In this document: piece by piece, positions 1 through 12,681 of the stretch
Layout: each line of letters opens with the position of its first letter
Numbering within the stretch: position 1 is the first letter of the stretch
Origin: Escherichia coli
GTDB lineage: Bacteria > Pseudomonadota > Gammaproteobacteria > Enterobacterales > Enterobacteriaceae
DNA: 64,000 nt
Assembly (NCBI RefSeq): GCF_041886205.1
Contig: NZ_CP169029.1
Direction: 5' to 3' (one strand)
Program-made: the position numbers and the translations under genes
The notes under the pieces: model-generated
What the model saw: only the letters and a program-made list of their open reading frames with translations
What the model was told of the DNA's origin: nothing
Database searches by the model: none

Positions 1-102
1 GGCTTCTCGCCGGTGTTGACGGTTAATATGCGTGCTGCCAGTAAGTCTGAACCGCAAACCGTGGTGGATGCCAGCTATAGCGTGACAGGATTCAACCTGT
101 GA
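1..102 (+). CDS. ppdB: prepilin-type protein PpdB, C-terminal fragment (5' end lies outside window)
   Basis: Frame 1 is open from the window start to TGA at 100-102; it sits immediately upstream of ygdB-ppdC-recC as in the conserved ppdA-ppdB-ygdB-ppdC-recC operon. Assignment is by synteny only. Confidence 0.5.
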   Translation, partial: GFSPVLTVNMRAASKSEPQTVVDASYSVTGFNL

Positions 103-506
103 ACCGCGAAAAAGGTGTTTCGTCACTGGCTCTGGTCCTGATGCTGCTGGTTTTGGGTAGCTTGCTATTGCAAGGAATGAGTCAGCAGGATCGCAGTTTT
201 GCCTCTCGCGTGAGCATGGAAAGTCAGTCATTGCGCCGCCAGGCCATCGTTCAGTCGGCGCTGGCGTGGGGAAAAATGCACTCCTGGCAGACGCAGCCAG
301 CAGTTCAGTGCTCGCAGTACGCTGGAACCGATGCCCAGGTTTGTTTGCGTTTACTGGCAGATAATGAAGCCTTATTGATTGCCGGTTATGAAGGCGTTTC
401 GTTGTGGCGAACAGGCGAAGTCATTGATGGAAAAATTGTTTTTTCGCCACGCGGCTGGAGCGATTTTTGTCCGCTGAAAGAGGGGGCATTATGTCAGCTT
501 CCCTGA
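99..506 (+). CDS. ygdB: DUF2509 family protein YgdB (135 aa), GTG start overlapping ppdB stop
   Basis: ORF track 99..506, 135 aa with hydrophobic N-terminal segment; length and position between ppdB and ppdC match YgdB. Confidence 0.7.
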   Translation: MNREKGVSSLALVLMLLVLGSLLLQGMSQQDRSFASRVSMESQSLRRQAIVQSALAWGKMHSWQTQPAVQCSQYAGTDAQVCLRLLADNEALLIAGYEGVSLWRTGEVIDGKIVFSPRGWSDFCPLKEGALCQLP

Positions 507-814
507 AGAATCAACAAGGCTTTAGCCTGCCGGAGGTAATGGTTGCGATGGTGCTGATGGTGATGATTGTCACTGCGTTATCGGGTATCCAGCGAACATT
601 AATGAACAGTCTCGCCAGCAGAAACCAGTACCAACAGCTCTGGCGGCATGGTTGGCAGCAAACGCAACTGCGCGCGATTTCGCCACCTGCCAACTGGCAG
701 GTCAACCGAATGCAGACATCGCAGGCGGGATGTGTCAGCATCAGCGTTACGCTAGTTTCACCCGGGGGCAGAGAAGGCGAGATGACCCGCCTGCATTGCC
801 CGAATCGTCAGTAG
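491..814 (+). CDS. ppdC: prepilin peptidase-dependent protein C (type IV pilin-like, 107 aa)
   Basis: Internal ATG at 491 of ORF 467..814 gives [23 protein letters not shown]..., a pilin-like N-terminus with hydrophobic helix; directly upstream of recC. Confidence 0.75.
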   Translation: MSASLKNQQGFSLPEVMVAMVLMVMIVTALSGIQRTLMNSLASRNQYQQLWRHGWQQTQLRAISPPANWQVNRMQTSQAGCVSISVTLVSPGGREGEMTRLHCPNRQ

Positions 815-826
815 TCAGGAGCCGCT

Positions 827-3800
827 ATGTTAAGGGTCTACCATTCCAATCGTCTGGACGTGCTGGAAGCGTTGATGGAGTTTATTGTCGAACGCGAACG
901 GCTGGACGATCCTTTCGAACCAGAGATGATTCTGGTGCAAAGTACCGGTATGGCGCAGTGGCTGCAAATGACCCTGTCGCAAAAGTTTGGTATTGCGGCA
1001 AACATTGATTTTCCGCTGCCAGCGAGCTTTATCTGGGATATGTTCGTCCGGGTGTTACCGGAGATCCCCAAAGAGAGTGCCTTTAACAAACAGAGCATGA
1101 GCTGGAAACTGATGACTCTGCTGCCGCAATTGCTGGAGCGCGAAGACTTTACCCTGTTGCGGCATTATCTGACTGACGATAGCGACAAGCGAAAACTGTT
1201 CCAGCTTTCCTCAAAAGCGGCGGACCTGTTTGACCAGTATCTGGTCTATCGTCCGGACTGGCTGGCACACTGGGAAACAGGACATTTGGTTGAAGGGCTG
1301 GGAGAGGCACAGGCCTGGCAAGCGCCGTTGTGGAAGGCGCTGGTGGAATATACCCATGAACTCGGACAACCGCGTTGGCACCGCGCCAATCTCTATCAGC
1401 GCTTTATCGAAACGCTGGAGTCCGCGACGACCTGCCCGCCGGGGTTACCTTCGCGCGTCTTTATATGCGGTATTTCCGCGTTACCGCCTGTTTATCTCCA
1501 GGCGCTACAGGCGCTGGGTAAACATATTGAAATCCATCTCCTGTTTACCAACCCCTGCCGTTATTACTGGGGCGATATTAAAGATCCTGCTTATCTGGCG
1601 AAACTGCTGACCCGTCAGCGTCGACACAGTTTTGAAGATCGCGAATTGCCGCTATTTCGTGATAGCGAAAATGCCGGGCAGCTCTTTAACAGCGATGGTG
1701 AACAGGATGTCGGCAACCCGCTGCTGGCTTCATGGGGTAAGCTTGGGCGCGACTACATTTATCTCCTTTCTGACCTGGAGAGCAGCCAGGAGCTGGACGC
1801 CTTTGTCGATGTCACGCCAGATAACCTGCTGCATAACATTCAGTCTGACATTCTGGAACTGGAAAACCGCGCCGTTGCGGGTGTGAACATCGAAGAGTTT
1901 TCCCGTAGCGATAACAAACGCCCGCTTGATCCACTGGATAGCAGTATCACATTCCACGTTTGCCATAGCCCGCAGCGTGAAGTTGAAGTTTTACACGATC
2001 GCTTGCTGGCGATGCTGGAGGAAGACCCGACACTTACTCCGCGCGACATCATCGTGATGGTGGCTGATATCGACAGCTACAGTCCGTTTATTCAGGCAGT
2101 GTTTGGTAGCGCACCTGCGGATCGTTACCTGCCTTACGCCATTTCCGACCGTCGTGCGCGGCAGTCACATCCGGTACTGGAAGCGTTTATCAGCCTGTTA
2201 TCACTGCCTGACAGTCGCTTTGTGTCAGAGGATGTGCTGGCGCTGCTGGATGTGCCGGTGCTGGCGGCGCGGTTTGACATCACCGAAGAAGGGCTGCGTT
2301 ATTTACGCCAGTGGGTCAACGAATCCGGCATTCGTTGGGGGATAGATGACGACAACGTTCGCGAGCTGGAACTCCCCGCCACCGGACAACACACCTGGCG
2401 ATTTGGCCTGACGCGTATGTTGCTGGGCTACGCGATGGAGAGCGCGCAGGGCGAGTGGCAATCGGTTCTACCTTATGATGAATCGAGCGGCTTAATTGCA
2501 GAACTGGTGGGGCATCTGGCTTCACTGCTAATGCAGCTAAACATCTGGCGTCGAGGGCTGGCACAGGAGCGTCCGCTAGAAGAGTGGTTGCCGGTTTGTC
2601 GCGATATGCTCAACGCCTTCTTCCTGCCGGATGCGGAAACCGAAGCGGCGATGACGCTGATCGAACAACAATGGCAGGCGATTATCGCCGAAGGTTTAGG
2701 TGCGCAGTATGGCGACGCGGTGCCGCTGTCACTATTGCGTGATGAACTGGCGCAGCGTCTGGATCAAGAACGTATCAGCCAGCGTTTTCTCGCCGGACCG
2801 GTTAACATTTGTACTCTGATGCCAATGCGTTCAATTCCGTTCAAAGTGGTTTGCCTGCTGGGAATGAACGACGGCGTTTATCCACGTCAGCTTGCGCCAT
2901 TGGGCTTTGACCTGATGAGCCAGAAACCGAAGCGTGGCGACCGTAGCCGTCGCGATGACGACCGCTACCTGTTCCTGGAAGCGTTAATTTCCGCGCAGCA
3001 AAAACTCTATATCAGCTATATCGGGCGTTCCATTCAGGATAACAGTGAACGTTTCCCGTCGGTACTGGTGCAGGAACTGATCGACTACATCGGGCAAAGT
3101 CATTATCTACCGGGCGATGAAGCGCTCAACTGTGATGAAAGCGAGGCAAGGGTAAAAGCGCATCTTACTTGCCTCCATACCCGGATGCCGTTTGATCCAC
3201 AAAACTACCAGCCAGGCGAACGACAAAGCTATGCTCGTGAATGGCTACCTGCGGCCAGCCAGGCTGGTAAAGCACATTCTGAATTTGTTCAGCCGCTGCC
3301 GTTTACCTTACCGGAAACCGTGCCGCTGGAAACGCTACAACGATTCTGGGCACATCCGGTGCGGGCGTTCTTCCAGATGCGTTTGCAGGTGAACTTCCGT
3401 ACTGAAGACAGCGAAATCCCAGACACCGAGCCATTTATTCTGGAAGGACTTAGCCGTTATCAAATCAATCAGCAGTTATTGAATGCACTGGTTGAGCAGG
3501 ATGATGCCGAACGCTTGTTCCGCCGCTTCCGGGCGGCAGGGGATTTACCGTATGGCGCTTTTGGTGAAATTTTCTGGGAAACACAGTGCCAGGAGATGCA
3601 GCAGCTTGCCGACAGAGTCATTGCCTGTCGCCAGCCGGGGCAGAGTATGGAAATTGATCTCGCCTGCAACGGTGTGCAGATAACTGGCTGGTTGCCGCAG
3701 GTGCAGCCGGATGGCCTGTTGCGCTGGCGTCCCTCTTTATTAAGTGTGGCGCAGGGAATGCAACTTTGGCTGGAACACCTTGTCTACTGTGCCAGCGGTG

Positions 3801-4195
3801 GTAATGGCGAAAGTCGCCTTTTTCTACGCAAAGACGGTGAGTGGCGTTTTCCGCCGCTTGCAGCCGAACAGGCTTTGCATTACCTCTCACAACTGATTGA
3901 GGGGTATCGTGAAGGAATGTCCGCGCCATTGCTGGTGTTACCTGAAAGTGGCGGCGCGTGGCTAAAAACCTGTTATGACGCGCAAAACGATGCCATGCTG
4001 GATGACGATTCCACGTTGCAAAAAGCCCGTACGAAATTCCTTCAGGCTTACGAAGGCAACATGATGGTGCGTGGCGAAGGTGATGATATCTGGTATCAAC
4101 GGCTCTGGCGGCAATTAACACCAGAGACAATGGAGGCCATCGTTGAACAGTCGCAACGTTTCCTGTTACCGCTGTTTCGCTTTAATCAGTCATGA
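827..4195 (+). CDS. recC: exodeoxyribonuclease V gamma subunit RecC (1122 aa)
   Basis: ORF track 827..4195, 1122 aa, the same length as E. coli RecC; followed by ptrA-recB-recD in the canonical order. Confidence 0.96.
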   Translation: MLRVYHSNRLDVLEALMEFIVERERLDDPFEPEMILVQSTGMAQWLQMTLSQKFGIAANIDFPLPASFIWDMFVRVLPEIPKESAFNKQSMSWKLMTLLPQLLEREDFTLLRHYLTDDSDKRKLFQLSSKAADLFDQYLVYRPDWLAHWETGHLVEGLGEAQAWQAPLWKALVEYTHELGQPRWHRANLYQRFIETLESATTCPPGLPSRVFICGISALPPVYLQALQALGKHIEIHLLFTNPCRYYWGDIKDPAYLAKLLTRQRRHSFEDRELPLFRDSENAGQLFNSDGEQDVGNPLLASWGKLGRDYIYLLSDLESSQELDAFVDVTPDNLLHNIQSDILELENRAVAGVNIEEFSRSDNKRPLDPLDSSITFHVCHSPQREVEVLHDRLLAMLEEDPTLTPRDIIVMVADIDSYSPFIQAVFGSAPADRYLPYAISDRRARQSHPVLEAFISLLSLPDSRFVSEDVLALLDVPVLAARFDITEEGLRYLRQWVNESGIRWGIDDDNVRELELPATGQHTWRFGLTRMLLGYAMESAQGEWQSVLPYDESSGLIAELVGHLASLLMQLNIWRRGLAQERPLEEWLPVCRDMLNAFFLPDAETEAAMTLIEQQWQAIIAEGLGAQYGDAVPLSLLRDELAQRLDQERISQRFLAGPVNICTLMPMRSIPFKVVCLLGMNDGVYPRQLAPLGFDLMSQKPKRGDRSRRDDDRYLFLEALISAQQKLYISYIGRSIQDNSERFPSVLVQELIDYIGQSHYLPGDEALNCDESEARVKAHLTCLHTRMPFDPQNYQPGERQSYAREWLPAASQAGKAHSEFVQPLPFTLPETVPLETLQRFWAHPVRAFFQMRLQVNFRTEDSEIPDTEPFILEGLSRYQINQQLLNALVEQDDAERLFRRFRAAGDLPYGAFGEIFWETQCQEMQQLADRVIACRQPGQSMEIDLACNGVQITGWLPQVQPDGLLRWRPSLLSVAQGMQLWLEHLVYCASGGNGESRLFLRKDGEWRFPPLAAEQALHYLSQLIEGYREGMSAPLLVLPESGGAWLKTCYDAQNDAMLDDDSTLQKARTKFLQAYEGNMMVRGEGDDIWYQRLWRQLTPETMEAIVEQSQRFLLPLFRFNQS

Positions 4196-4370
4196 GTGCT
4201 GTATAAAAATTGCGCAATTCATTCGCTTACATTATGATGCGCACCAGTCACGGACTGATGGATATATAGACATAGGCTGACTCGTGCAGCACAAGATTAA
4301 ATTCTGGCAGATGATTTGCGTTAACCTGTTGAATCTGGCCAGAAAATAAAGTTGATTATGAGGTCCGTGA

Positions 4371-7259
4371 ATGCCCCGCAGCACCTGGTTCAAAGCATTA
4401 TTGTTGTTTGTTGCCCTTTGGGCACCCTTAAGTCAGGCAGAAACGGGATGGCAGCCGATTCAGGAAACCATCCGTAAAAGTGATAAAGATAACCGCCAGT
4501 ATCAGGCTATACGTCTGGATAACGGTATGGTGGTCTTGCTGGTTTCTGATCCGCAGGCGGTTAAATCGCTCTCGGCGCTGGTGGTGCCCGTTGGGTCGCT
4601 GGAAGATCCCGAGGCGTACCAGGGGCTGGCACATTACCTTGAACATATGAGTCTGATGGGGTCGAAAAAGTACCCGCAGGCTGACAGTCTGGCCGAATAT
4701 CTCAAAATGCACGGCGGCAGTCACAATGCCAGCACGGCACCGTATCGCACGGCTTTCTATCTGGAAGTTGAGAACGACGCCTTGCCCGGTGCGGTAGACC
4801 GCCTGGCGGACGCTATTGCAGAACCCTTGCTCGACAAGAAATACGCCGAACGTGAACGTAATGCAGTGAATGCCGAATTAACCATGGCGCGTACGCGTGA
4901 CGGGATGCGCATGGCGCAGGTCAGCGCAGAAACCATTAACCCGGCACACCCCGGTTCAAAGTTTTCTGGTGGTAACCTCGAAACTTTAAGCGACAAACCT
5001 GGTAATCCGGTGCAGCAGGCGCTGAAAGATTTCCACGAGAAGTACTATTCCGCCAATCTGATGAAGGCGGTTATTTACAGCAATAAACCGCTGCCGGAGT
5101 TGGCAAAAATGGCGGCGGACACCTTTGGTCGCGTGCCGAACAAAGAGAGCAAAAAACCGGAAATCACCGTGCCGGTAGTCACCGACGCGCAAAAGGGCAT
5201 TATCATTCATTACGTCCCGGCGCTGCCGCGTAAAGTGTTGCGCGTAGAGTTTCGTATTGATAACAACTCGGCGAAATTCCGTAGCAAAACCGATGAATTG
5301 ATTACCTATCTGATTGGTAATCGCAGCCCAGGTACACTTTCCGACTGGCTGCAAAAGCAGGGATTAGTTGAGGGCATTAGCGCCAACTCCGATCCTATCG
5401 TCAACGGCAACAGCGGCGTATTAGCGATCTCTGCGTCTTTAACCGATAAAGGTCTGGCGAATCGCGATCAGGTTGTGGCGGCTATTTTTAGCTACCTCAA
5501 TTTGTTACGTGAAAAAGGGATCGATAAACAATACTTCGATGAACTGGCGAATGTGCTGGATATCGACTTCCGTTATCCGTCAATCACCCGTGATATGGAT
5601 TACGTCGAATGGCTGGCAGATACCATGATTCGCGTTCCTGTTGAGCATACGCTGGATGCAGTCAATATTGCCGATCGGTACGATGCTAAAGCAGTAAAGG
5701 AACGTCTGGCGATGATGACGCCGCAGAATGCGCGTATCTGGTATATCAGCCCGAAAGAGCCGCACAACAAAACGGCTTACTTTGTCGATGCGCCGTATCA
5801 GGTCGATAAAATCAGCGCACAAACTTTCGCCGACTGGCAGAAAAAAGCCGCCGACATTGCGCTCTCTTTGCCAGAGCTTAACCCTTATATTCCTGACGAT
5901 TTCTCGCTGATTAAGTCAGACAAGAAATATGACCATCCAGAGCTGATTGTTGATGAGTCGAATCTGCGCGTGGTGTATGCGCCAAGCCGTTATTTTGCCA
6001 GCGAGCCAAAAGCCGATGTCAGCCTGATTTTGCGTAATCCGAAAGCCATGGACAGCGCCCGCAATCAGGTGATGTTTGCGCTCAATGATTATCTCGCAGG
6101 GCTGGCGCTTGATCAGTTAAGCAACCAGGCGTCGGTTGGTGGCATAAGTTTTTCCACCAACGCTAACAACGGCCTTATGGTTAATGCTAATGGTTACACC
6201 CAGCGTCTGCCGCAGCTGTTCCAGGCATTGCTGGAAGGCTACTTTAGCTATACCGCCACGGAAGATCAGCTTGAGCAGGCGAAGTCCTGGTATAACCAGA
6301 TGATGGATTCCGCAGAAAAGGGTAAAGCGTTTGAGCAGGCGATTATGCCCGCGCAGATGCTCTCGCAAGTGCCGTACTTCTCGCGAGATGAACGGCGTAA
6401 AATTTTGCCCTCCATTACGTTGAAAGAGGTGCTGGCCTATCGCGACGCCTTAAAATCAGGGGCTCGACCAGAGTTTATGGTTATCGGCAACATGACCGAG
6501 GCCCAGGCAACAACGCTGGCACGCGATGTGCAAAAACAGTTGGGCGCTGATGGTTCAGAGTGGTGTCGAAACAAAGATGTAGTGGTCGATAAAAAACAAT
6601 CCGTCATCTTTGAAAAAGCCGGTAACAGCACCGACTCCGCACTGGCAGCGGTATTTGTACCGACTGGCTACGATGAATACACCAGCTCAGCCTATAGCTC
6701 TCTGTTGGGGCAGATCGTACAGCCGTGGTTCTACAATCAGTTGCGTACCGAAGAACAATTGGGCTATGCCGTGTTTGCGTTTCCAATGAGCGTGGGGCGT
6801 CAGTGGGGCATGGGCTTCCTTTTGCAAAGCAATGATAAACAGCCTTCATTCTTGTGGGAGCGTTACAAGGCGTTTTTCCCAACCGCAGAGGCAAAATTGC
6901 GAGCGATGAAGCCAGATGAGTTTGCGCAAATCCAGCAGGCGGTAATTACCCAGATGCTGCAGGCACCGCAAACGCTCGGCGAAGAAGCATCGAAGTTAAG
7001 TAAAGATTTCGATCGCGGCAATATGCGCTTCGATTCGCGTGATAAAATCGTGGCCCAGATAAAACTGCTGACGCCGCAAAAACTTGCTGATTTCTTCCAT
7101 CAGGCGGTGGTCGAGCCGCAAGGCATGGCTATTCTGTCGCAGATTTCCGGTAGCCAAAATGGGAAAGCCGAATATGTGCATCCTGAAGGCTGGAAAGTGT
7201 GGGAGAACGTCAGCGCGTTGCAGCAAACAATGCCCCTGATGAGTGAAAAGAATGAGTGA
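4371..7259 (+). CDS. ptrA: protease III (pitrilysin), periplasmic M16 zinc metalloprotease (962 aa)
   Basis: 962 aa with signal peptide MPRSTWFKALLLFVALWAPLSQA and the inverted zinc motif HYLEH in the N-terminal region; located between recC and recB. Confidence 0.95.
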   Translation: MPRSTWFKALLLFVALWAPLSQAETGWQPIQETIRKSDKDNRQYQAIRLDNGMVVLLVSDPQAVKSLSALVVPVGSLEDPEAYQGLAHYLEHMSLMGSKKYPQADSLAEYLKMHGGSHNASTAPYRTAFYLEVENDALPGAVDRLADAIAEPLLDKKYAERERNAVNAELTMARTRDGMRMAQVSAETINPAHPGSKFSGGNLETLSDKPGNPVQQALKDFHEKYYSANLMKAVIYSNKPLPELAKMAADTFGRVPNKESKKPEITVPVVTDAQKGIIIHYVPALPRKVLRVEFRIDNNSAKFRSKTDELITYLIGNRSPGTLSDWLQKQGLVEGISANSDPIVNGNSGVLAISASLTDKGLANRDQVVAAIFSYLNLLREKGIDKQYFDELANVLDIDFRYPSITRDMDYVEWLADTMIRVPVEHTLDAVNIADRYDAKAVKERLAMMTPQNARIWYISPKEPHNKTAYFVDAPYQVDKISAQTFADWQKKAADIALSLPELNPYIPDDFSLIKSDKKYDHPELIVDESNLRVVYAPSRYFASEPKADVSLILRNPKAMDSARNQVMFALNDYLAGLALDQLSNQASVGGISFSTNANNGLMVNANGYTQRLPQLFQALLEGYFSYTATEDQLEQAKSWYNQMMDSAEKGKAFEQAIMPAQMLSQVPYFSRDERRKILPSITLKEVLAYRDALKSGARPEFMVIGNMTEAQATTLARDVQKQLGADGSEWCRNKDVVVDKKQSVIFEKAGNSTDSALAAVFVPTGYDEYTSSAYSSLLGQIVQPWFYNQLRTEEQLGYAVFAFPMSVGRQWGMGFLLQSNDKQPSFLWERYKAFFPTAEAKLRAMKPDEFAQIQQAVITQMLQAPQTLGEEASKLSKDFDRGNMRFDSRDKIVAQIKLLTPQKLADFFHQAVVEPQGMAILSQISGSQNGKAEYVHPEGWKVWENVSALQQTMPLMSEKNE

Positions 7260-10200
7260 TGTCGCCGAGACACTAGATCCTTTGCGCTTGCCCTTACAGG
7301 GCGAGCGCCTGATTGAAGCCTCTGCCGGCACAGGCAAAACCTTTACGATTGCGGCGCTCTATTTGCGCCTGTTACTTGGACTAGGCGGTTCCGCCGCCTT
7401 TCCCCGCCCGCTGACCGTTGAAGAACTGCTGGTGGTCACCTTTACCGAGGCTGCCACGGCAGAATTGCGCGGTCGTATCCGTAGCAATATCCACGAGTTG
7501 CGCATCGCCTGTCTGCGTGAAACCACCGACAATCCACTGTACGAACGCCTGCTGGAAGAGATCGACGATAAAGCGCAAGCCGCGCAGTGGTTGTTGTTAG
7601 CCGAACGGCAGATGGATGAAGCGGCAGTCTTTACTATTCACGGCTTTTGCCAGCGCATGCTCAACCTGAATGCCTTTGAATCCGGCATGCTGTTTGAGCA
7701 GCAGCTGATTGAAGATGAGTCTCTGCTACGCTACCAGGCCTGCGCCGATTTCTGGCGTCGCCACTGCTACCCGCTGCCGCGTGAAATTGCCCAGGTCGTC
7801 TTTGAAACCTGGAAAGGGCCGCAGGCGTTACTGCGCGATATTAATCGTTATCTGCAAGGCGAAGCGCCGGTTATCAAAGCGCCGCCGCCCGATGATGAAA
7901 CGCTGGCTACCCGCCACGCGCAAATTGTGGCGCGTATTGATACGGTAAAACAGCAGTGGCGCGACGCGGTGGGTGAACTGGATGCGCTGATCGAATCTTC
8001 TGGTATTGATCGACGCAAGTTTAACCGTAGCAATCAGGCTAAATGGATCGACAAGATCAGCGCCTGGGCAGAAGAAGAGACCAACAGTTATCAGTTGCCA
8101 GAGTCGCTGGAAAAATTCTCTCAGCGTTTCTTAGAAGATCGCACGAAAGCCGGGGGGGAAACCCCGCGACATCCACTGTTTGAGGCGATCGATCAACTGC
8201 TTGCAGAACCATTGTCGATCCGCGATCTGGTGATCACCCGCGCATTGGCTGAGATCCGCGAAACAGTAGCGCGTGAAAAACGCCGCCGTGGCGAATTGGG
8301 TTTTGATGACATGTTAAGTCGGCTCGATTCCGCGCTGCGTAGCGAAAGCGGCGAGGTGTTGGCAGCGGCGATCCGTACGCGATTCCCGGTGGCAATGATC
8401 GATGAATTTCAGGATACCGACCCCCAGCAGTACCGAATTTTTCGCCGTATCTGGCACCATCAGCCGGAAACCGCATTGTTGCTTATTGGCGACCCGAAGC
8501 AGGCCATATATGCATTCCGGGGTGCGGATATCTTCACTTATATGAAGGCGCGTAGCGAAGTTCACGCCCACTACACTTTAGACATCAACTGGCGTTCCGC
8601 ACCAGGAATGGTGAACAGTGTGAACAAGCTTTTCAGCCAGACTGATGACGCGTTCATGTTTCGCGAAATACCGTTTATTCCAGTGAAATCAGCCGGGAAA
8701 AATCAGGCGTTACGTTTTGTATTTAGAGGTGAAACGCAGCCTGCGATGAAAATGTGGCTGATGGAAGGCGAAAGCTGCGGCGTTGGCGACTATCAAAGTA
8801 CCATGGCGCAGGTATGTGCTGCGCAAATCCGCGACTGGCTACAAGCCGGACAGCGGGGCGAAGCGTTGCTGATGAACGGCGACGAAGCGCGTTCGGTGCG
8901 TGCTTCGGACATCAGCGTGCTGGTGCGCAGCCGCCAGGAGGCCGCTCAGGTGCGCGATGCCTTAACGCTGCTGGAAATCCCTTCCGTTTACCTTTCGAAC
9001 CGCGACAGTGTTTTTGAAACTCTGGAAGCGCAGGAAATGCTTTGGTTGTTGCAGGCGGTGATGACGCCCGAACGTGAGAACACCCTGCGCAGTGCGCTGG
9101 CAACGTCAATGATGGGGCTGAATGCGCTGGATATTGAAACGCTGAACAATGACGAACATGCGTGGGATGCGGTAGTTGAAGAGTTCGATGGTTATCGGCA
9201 AATCTGGCGCAAACGTGGCGTTATGCCGATGCTGCGGGCGCTGATGTCGGCGCGTAACATTGCAGAAAACTTGCTGGCAACGGCAGGCGGTGAGCGGCGT
9301 CTTACCGATATCTTGCATATCAGCGAACTGCTTCAAGAAGCCGGAACGCAGCTGGAAAGTGAACATGCGCTGGTACGCTGGTTATCGCAACATATCCTCG
9401 AGCCAGACAGTAATGCCTCCAGCCAACAAATGCGCCTCGAAAGTGATAAACATCTGGTGCAGATTGTCACGATCCATAAATCGAAAGGGCTGGAATATCC
9501 GCTTGTCTGGTTGCCATTTATTACCAATTTCCGCGTCCAGGATCAGGCGTTTTATCACGATCGCCACTCGTTTGAGGCTGTTCTGGATCTTAACGCTGCG
9601 CCAGAAAGTGTCGATCTCGCGGAGGCCGAACGTCTGGCGGAAGATCTGCGTTTGCTTTACGTGGCGCTGACGCGTTCGGTTTGGCATTGCAGTCTCGGCG
9701 TTGCACCGCTGGTGCGCCGTCGTGGCGATAAAAAAGGTGACACCGACGTCCACCAAAGTGCGCTCGGGCGTTTGCTGCAAAAAGGGGAACCGCAAGATGC
9801 GGCAGGGCTTCGCACCTGTATTGAAGCGTTATGCGATGATGATATTGCCTGGCAAACGGCACAAACTGGTGATAACCAGCCCTGGCAGGTTAATGATGCT
9901 TTAACTGCAGAACTGAATGCGAGGACGCTACAACGATTGCCCGGCGATAACTGGCGTGTCACCAGCTACTCCGGATTGCAGCAGCGTGGTCACGGTATCG
10001 CTCAGGATCTGATGCCACGGCTGGATGTTGATGCCGCAGGCGTGGTCAGCGTCGTTGAAGAACCGACGTTAACACCACATCAGTTTCCGCGCGGTGCGTC
10101 ACCGGGGACGTTCTTGCACAGTTTGTTTGAAGACCTGGATTTTACCCAGCCGGTTGACCCGAACTGGGTGCGGGAAAAACTGGAACTCGGCGGCTTTGAA

Positions 10201-10794
10201 TCGCAGTGGGAACCGGTATTGACCGAGTGGATCACGGCTGTCCTCCAGGCACCTCTCAATGGAACGGGTGTTAGCCTGAGTCAGCTTTCCGACCGCGATA
10301 AACAGGTGGAGATGGAGTTTTACCTGCCGATTAGCGAACCGCTCATCGCCAGCCAGCTTGATGCACTAATTCGCCAGTTTGACCCGCTATCTGCTGGCTG
10401 CCCGCCGCTGGAGTTCATGCAGGTACGTGGCATGTTAAAAGGCTTTATCGACCTGGTGTTCCGCCACGAAGGGCGTTATTACCTGCTCGACTATAAATCC
10501 AACTGGTTGGGTGAAGACAGTTCGGCTTACACCCAACAGGCTATGGCGGCGGCGATGCAGGCACACCGCTATGATTTGCAATATCAGCTTTATACCCTGG
10601 CGCTACACCGTTATCTGCGCCATCGCATTGCTGATTACGACTATGATCGTCACTTTGGCGGCGTTATCTATCTGTTCCTGCGTGGCGTTGATAAAGAACA
10701 TCCGCAACAAGGGATTTACACAACCCGACCCAACGCCGGGTTGATTGCCCTGATGGATGAGATGTTTGCCGGTATGACCCTGGAGGAGGCGTAA
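7252..10794 (+). CDS. recB: exodeoxyribonuclease V beta subunit RecB (helicase-nuclease, 1180 aa)
   Basis: Internal ATG at 7252 gives [31 protein letters not shown] with Walker A GTGKT; overlaps the ptrA stop; length matches RecB. Confidence 0.96.
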   Translation: MSDVAETLDPLRLPLQGERLIEASAGTGKTFTIAALYLRLLLGLGGSAAFPRPLTVEELLVVTFTEAATAELRGRIRSNIHELRIACLRETTDNPLYERLLEEIDDKAQAAQWLLLAERQMDEAAVFTIHGFCQRMLNLNAFESGMLFEQQLIEDESLLRYQACADFWRRHCYPLPREIAQVVFETWKGPQALLRDINRYLQGEAPVIKAPPPDDETLATRHAQIVARIDTVKQQWRDAVGELDALIESSGIDRRKFNRSNQAKWIDKISAWAEEETNSYQLPESLEKFSQRFLEDRTKAGGETPRHPLFEAIDQLLAEPLSIRDLVITRALAEIRETVAREKRRRGELGFDDMLSRLDSALRSESGEVLAAAIRTRFPVAMIDEFQDTDPQQYRIFRRIWHHQPETALLLIGDPKQAIYAFRGADIFTYMKARSEVHAHYTLDINWRSAPGMVNSVNKLFSQTDDAFMFREIPFIPVKSAGKNQALRFVFRGETQPAMKMWLMEGESCGVGDYQSTMAQVCAAQIRDWLQAGQRGEALLMNGDEARSVRASDISVLVRSRQEAAQVRDALTLLEIPSVYLSNRDSVFETLEAQEMLWLLQAVMTPERENTLRSALATSMMGLNALDIETLNNDEHAWDAVVEEFDGYRQIWRKRGVMPMLRALMSARNIAENLLATAGGERRLTDILHISELLQEAGTQLESEHALVRWLSQHILEPDSNASSQQMRLESDKHLVQIVTIHKSKGLEYPLVWLPFITNFRVQDQAFYHDRHSFEAVLDLNAAPESVDLAEAERLAEDLRLLYVALTRSVWHCSLGVAPLVRRRGDKKGDTDVHQSALGRLLQKGEPQDAAGLRTCIEALCDDDIAWQTAQTGDNQPWQVNDALTAELNARTLQRLPGDNWRVTSYSGLQQRGHGIAQDLMPRLDVDAAGVVSVVEEPTLTPHQFPRGASPGTFLHSLFEDLDFTQPVDPNWVREKLELGGFESQWEPVLTEWITAVLQAPLNGTGVSLSQLSDRDKQVEMEFYLPISEPLIASQLDALIRQFDPLSAGCPPLEFMQVRGMLKGFIDLVFRHEGRYYLLDYKSNWLGEDSSAYTQQAMAAAMQAHRYDLQYQLYTLALHRYLRHRIADYDYDRHFGGVIYLFLRGVDKEHPQQGIYTTRPNAGLIALMDEMFAGMTLEEA

Positions 10795-12620
10795 TGAAAT
10801 TGCAAAAGCAATTACTGGAAGCTGTGGAGCACAAACAGCTACGCCCGCTGGATGTGCAATTTGCCCTGACCGTGGCGGGAGATGAACATCCTGCCGTCAC
10901 CCTCGCGGCGGCACTGTTAAGTCATGATGCCGGAGAGGGACACGTCTGTTTGCCGCTTTCACGACTGGAAAATAACGAGGCGTCGCATCCGCTGTTGGCG
11001 ACCTGTGTCAGTGAAATCGGTGAGCTACAAAATTGGGAAGAATGCTTGCTGGCTTCTCAAGCGGTCAGCAGGGGAGATGAACCCACGCCGATGATCCTCT
11101 GTGGCGATCGTCTTTATTTGAATCGCATGTGGTGTAACGAGCGGACGGTAGCGCGCTTCTTCAATGAGGTGAATCATGCCATTGAGGTTGATGAAGCTCT
11201 ACTGGCGCAAACCCTGGACAAACTTTTTCCAGTAAGCGATGAAATTAACTGGCAAAAAGTTGCAGCGGCAGTGGCGCTGACGCGGCGGATCTCGGTGATT
11301 TCCGGCGGCCCAGGCACCGGTAAAACGACCACCGTGGCGAAGTTGCTGGCAGCGTTAATTCAAATGGCCGACGGCGAACGCTGCCGTATCCGTCTGGCTG
11401 CACCAACGGGTAAAGCTGCCGCGCGCTTAACCGAATCTCTCGGCAAGGCTTTGCGACAGTTACCGCTGACCGATGAACAAAAGAAACGCATTCCGGAAGA
11501 TGCCAGCACTTTGCACCGATTGCTGGGCGCGCAGCCGGGTAGCCAGCGTTTACGTCATCATGCCGGTAACCCGCTGCATCTTGATGTGCTGGTGATAGAT
11601 GAAGCGTCAATGATCGATCTGCCTATGATGTCGAGACTGATCGACGCCTTGCCAGATCATGCGCGAGTGATCTTTCTCGGCGATCGTGATCAACTGGCCT
11701 CGGTTGAGGCTGGGGCTGTGCTGGGCGATATCTGCGCTTATGCCAACGCGGGCTTTACCGCCGAGCGTGCCAGGCAGCTAAGCCGCCTGACGGGGACTCA
11801 CGTTCCGGCAGGAACTGGCACAGAAGCGGCATCTTTGCGCGACAGTCTCTGCCTGCTGCAAAAAAGCTATCGTTTCGGCAGCGATTCTGGCATTGGTCAG
11901 TTAGCTGCGGCGATCAACCGTGGTGATAAAACGACAGTGAAAACCGTTTTTCAGCAGGATTTTACTGATATCGAAAAACGACTTTTACAGAGCGGCGAAG
12001 ATTATATTGCGATGCTTGAGGAAGCTCTTGCGGGTTATGGACGTTATCTGGATCTGCTGCAAGCGCGTGCCGAGCCGGATTTAATCATTCAGGCGTTCAA
12101 TGAGTACCAACTTTTGTGCGCCCTGCGGGAAGGGCCGTTTGGCGTGGCTGGACTGAATGAGCGAATTGAGCAGTTTATGCAACAGAAGCGCAAAATTCAT
12201 CGTAATCCGCACTCTCGTTGGTACGAAGGCCGACCGGTGATGATTGCCCGTAATGACAGCGCGCTTGGGTTGTTTAATGGCGATATCGGTGTCGCTCTGG
12301 ATCGCGGGCAGGGGACGCGCGTCTGGTTTGCGATGCCGGACGGCAATATTAAGTCTGTGCAACCGAGTCGCTTGCCAGAGCACGAAACTACGTGGGCGAT
12401 GACGGTACATAAATCGCAGGGATCGGAGTTCGACCATGCGGCGTTGATTTTGCCGAGCCAACGCACGCCGGTAGTAACGCGAGAGCTGGTTTATACCGCG
12501 GTGACCCGCGCGCGTCGCCGTCTGTCGCTGTATGCCGATGAGCGCATATTAAGTGCGGCAATCGCCACTCGTACTGAGCGGCGCAGTGGTCTGGCGGCGT
12601 TGTTTAGTTCACGGGAATAA
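10794..12620 (+). CDS. recD: exodeoxyribonuclease V alpha subunit RecD (608 aa)
   Basis: 608 aa, Walker [11 protein letters not shown]; start ATG overlaps the recB stop (TAATG) by 1 nt. Confidence 0.96.
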   Translation: MKLQKQLLEAVEHKQLRPLDVQFALTVAGDEHPAVTLAAALLSHDAGEGHVCLPLSRLENNEASHPLLATCVSEIGELQNWEECLLASQAVSRGDEPTPMILCGDRLYLNRMWCNERTVARFFNEVNHAIEVDEALLAQTLDKLFPVSDEINWQKVAAAVALTRRISVISGGPGTGKTTTVAKLLAALIQMADGERCRIRLAAPTGKAAARLTESLGKALRQLPLTDEQKKRIPEDASTLHRLLGAQPGSQRLRHHAGNPLHLDVLVIDEASMIDLPMMSRLIDALPDHARVIFLGDRDQLASVEAGAVLGDICAYANAGFTAERARQLSRLTGTHVPAGTGTEAASLRDSLCLLQKSYRFGSDSGIGQLAAAINRGDKTTVKTVFQQDFTDIEKRLLQSGEDYIAMLEEALAGYGRYLDLLQARAEPDLIIQAFNEYQLLCALREGPFGVAGLNERIEQFMQQKRKIHRNPHSRWYEGRPVMIARNDSALGLFNGDIGVALDRGQGTRVWFAMPDGNIKSVQPSRLPEHETTWAMTVHKSQGSEFDHAALILPSQRTPVVTRELVYTAVTRARRRLSLYADERILSAAIATRTERRSGLAALFSSRE

Positions 12621-12630
12621 ACGTAATTGC

Positions 12631-12666
12631 CGGATGCGACGTACGAGTGTTACGCATGTCGCATCC
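12631..12666. terminator. inverted repeat (10-bp arms cggatgcgac / gtcgcatccg) between convergent recD and argA; candidate bidirectional terminator or REP-like element
   Basis: Read directly from sequence at 12631-12640 and 12657-12666; lies in the 61-bp gap between the two convergent stops. Confidence 0.45.
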
Positions 12667-12681
12667 GACGATTTTCATCGC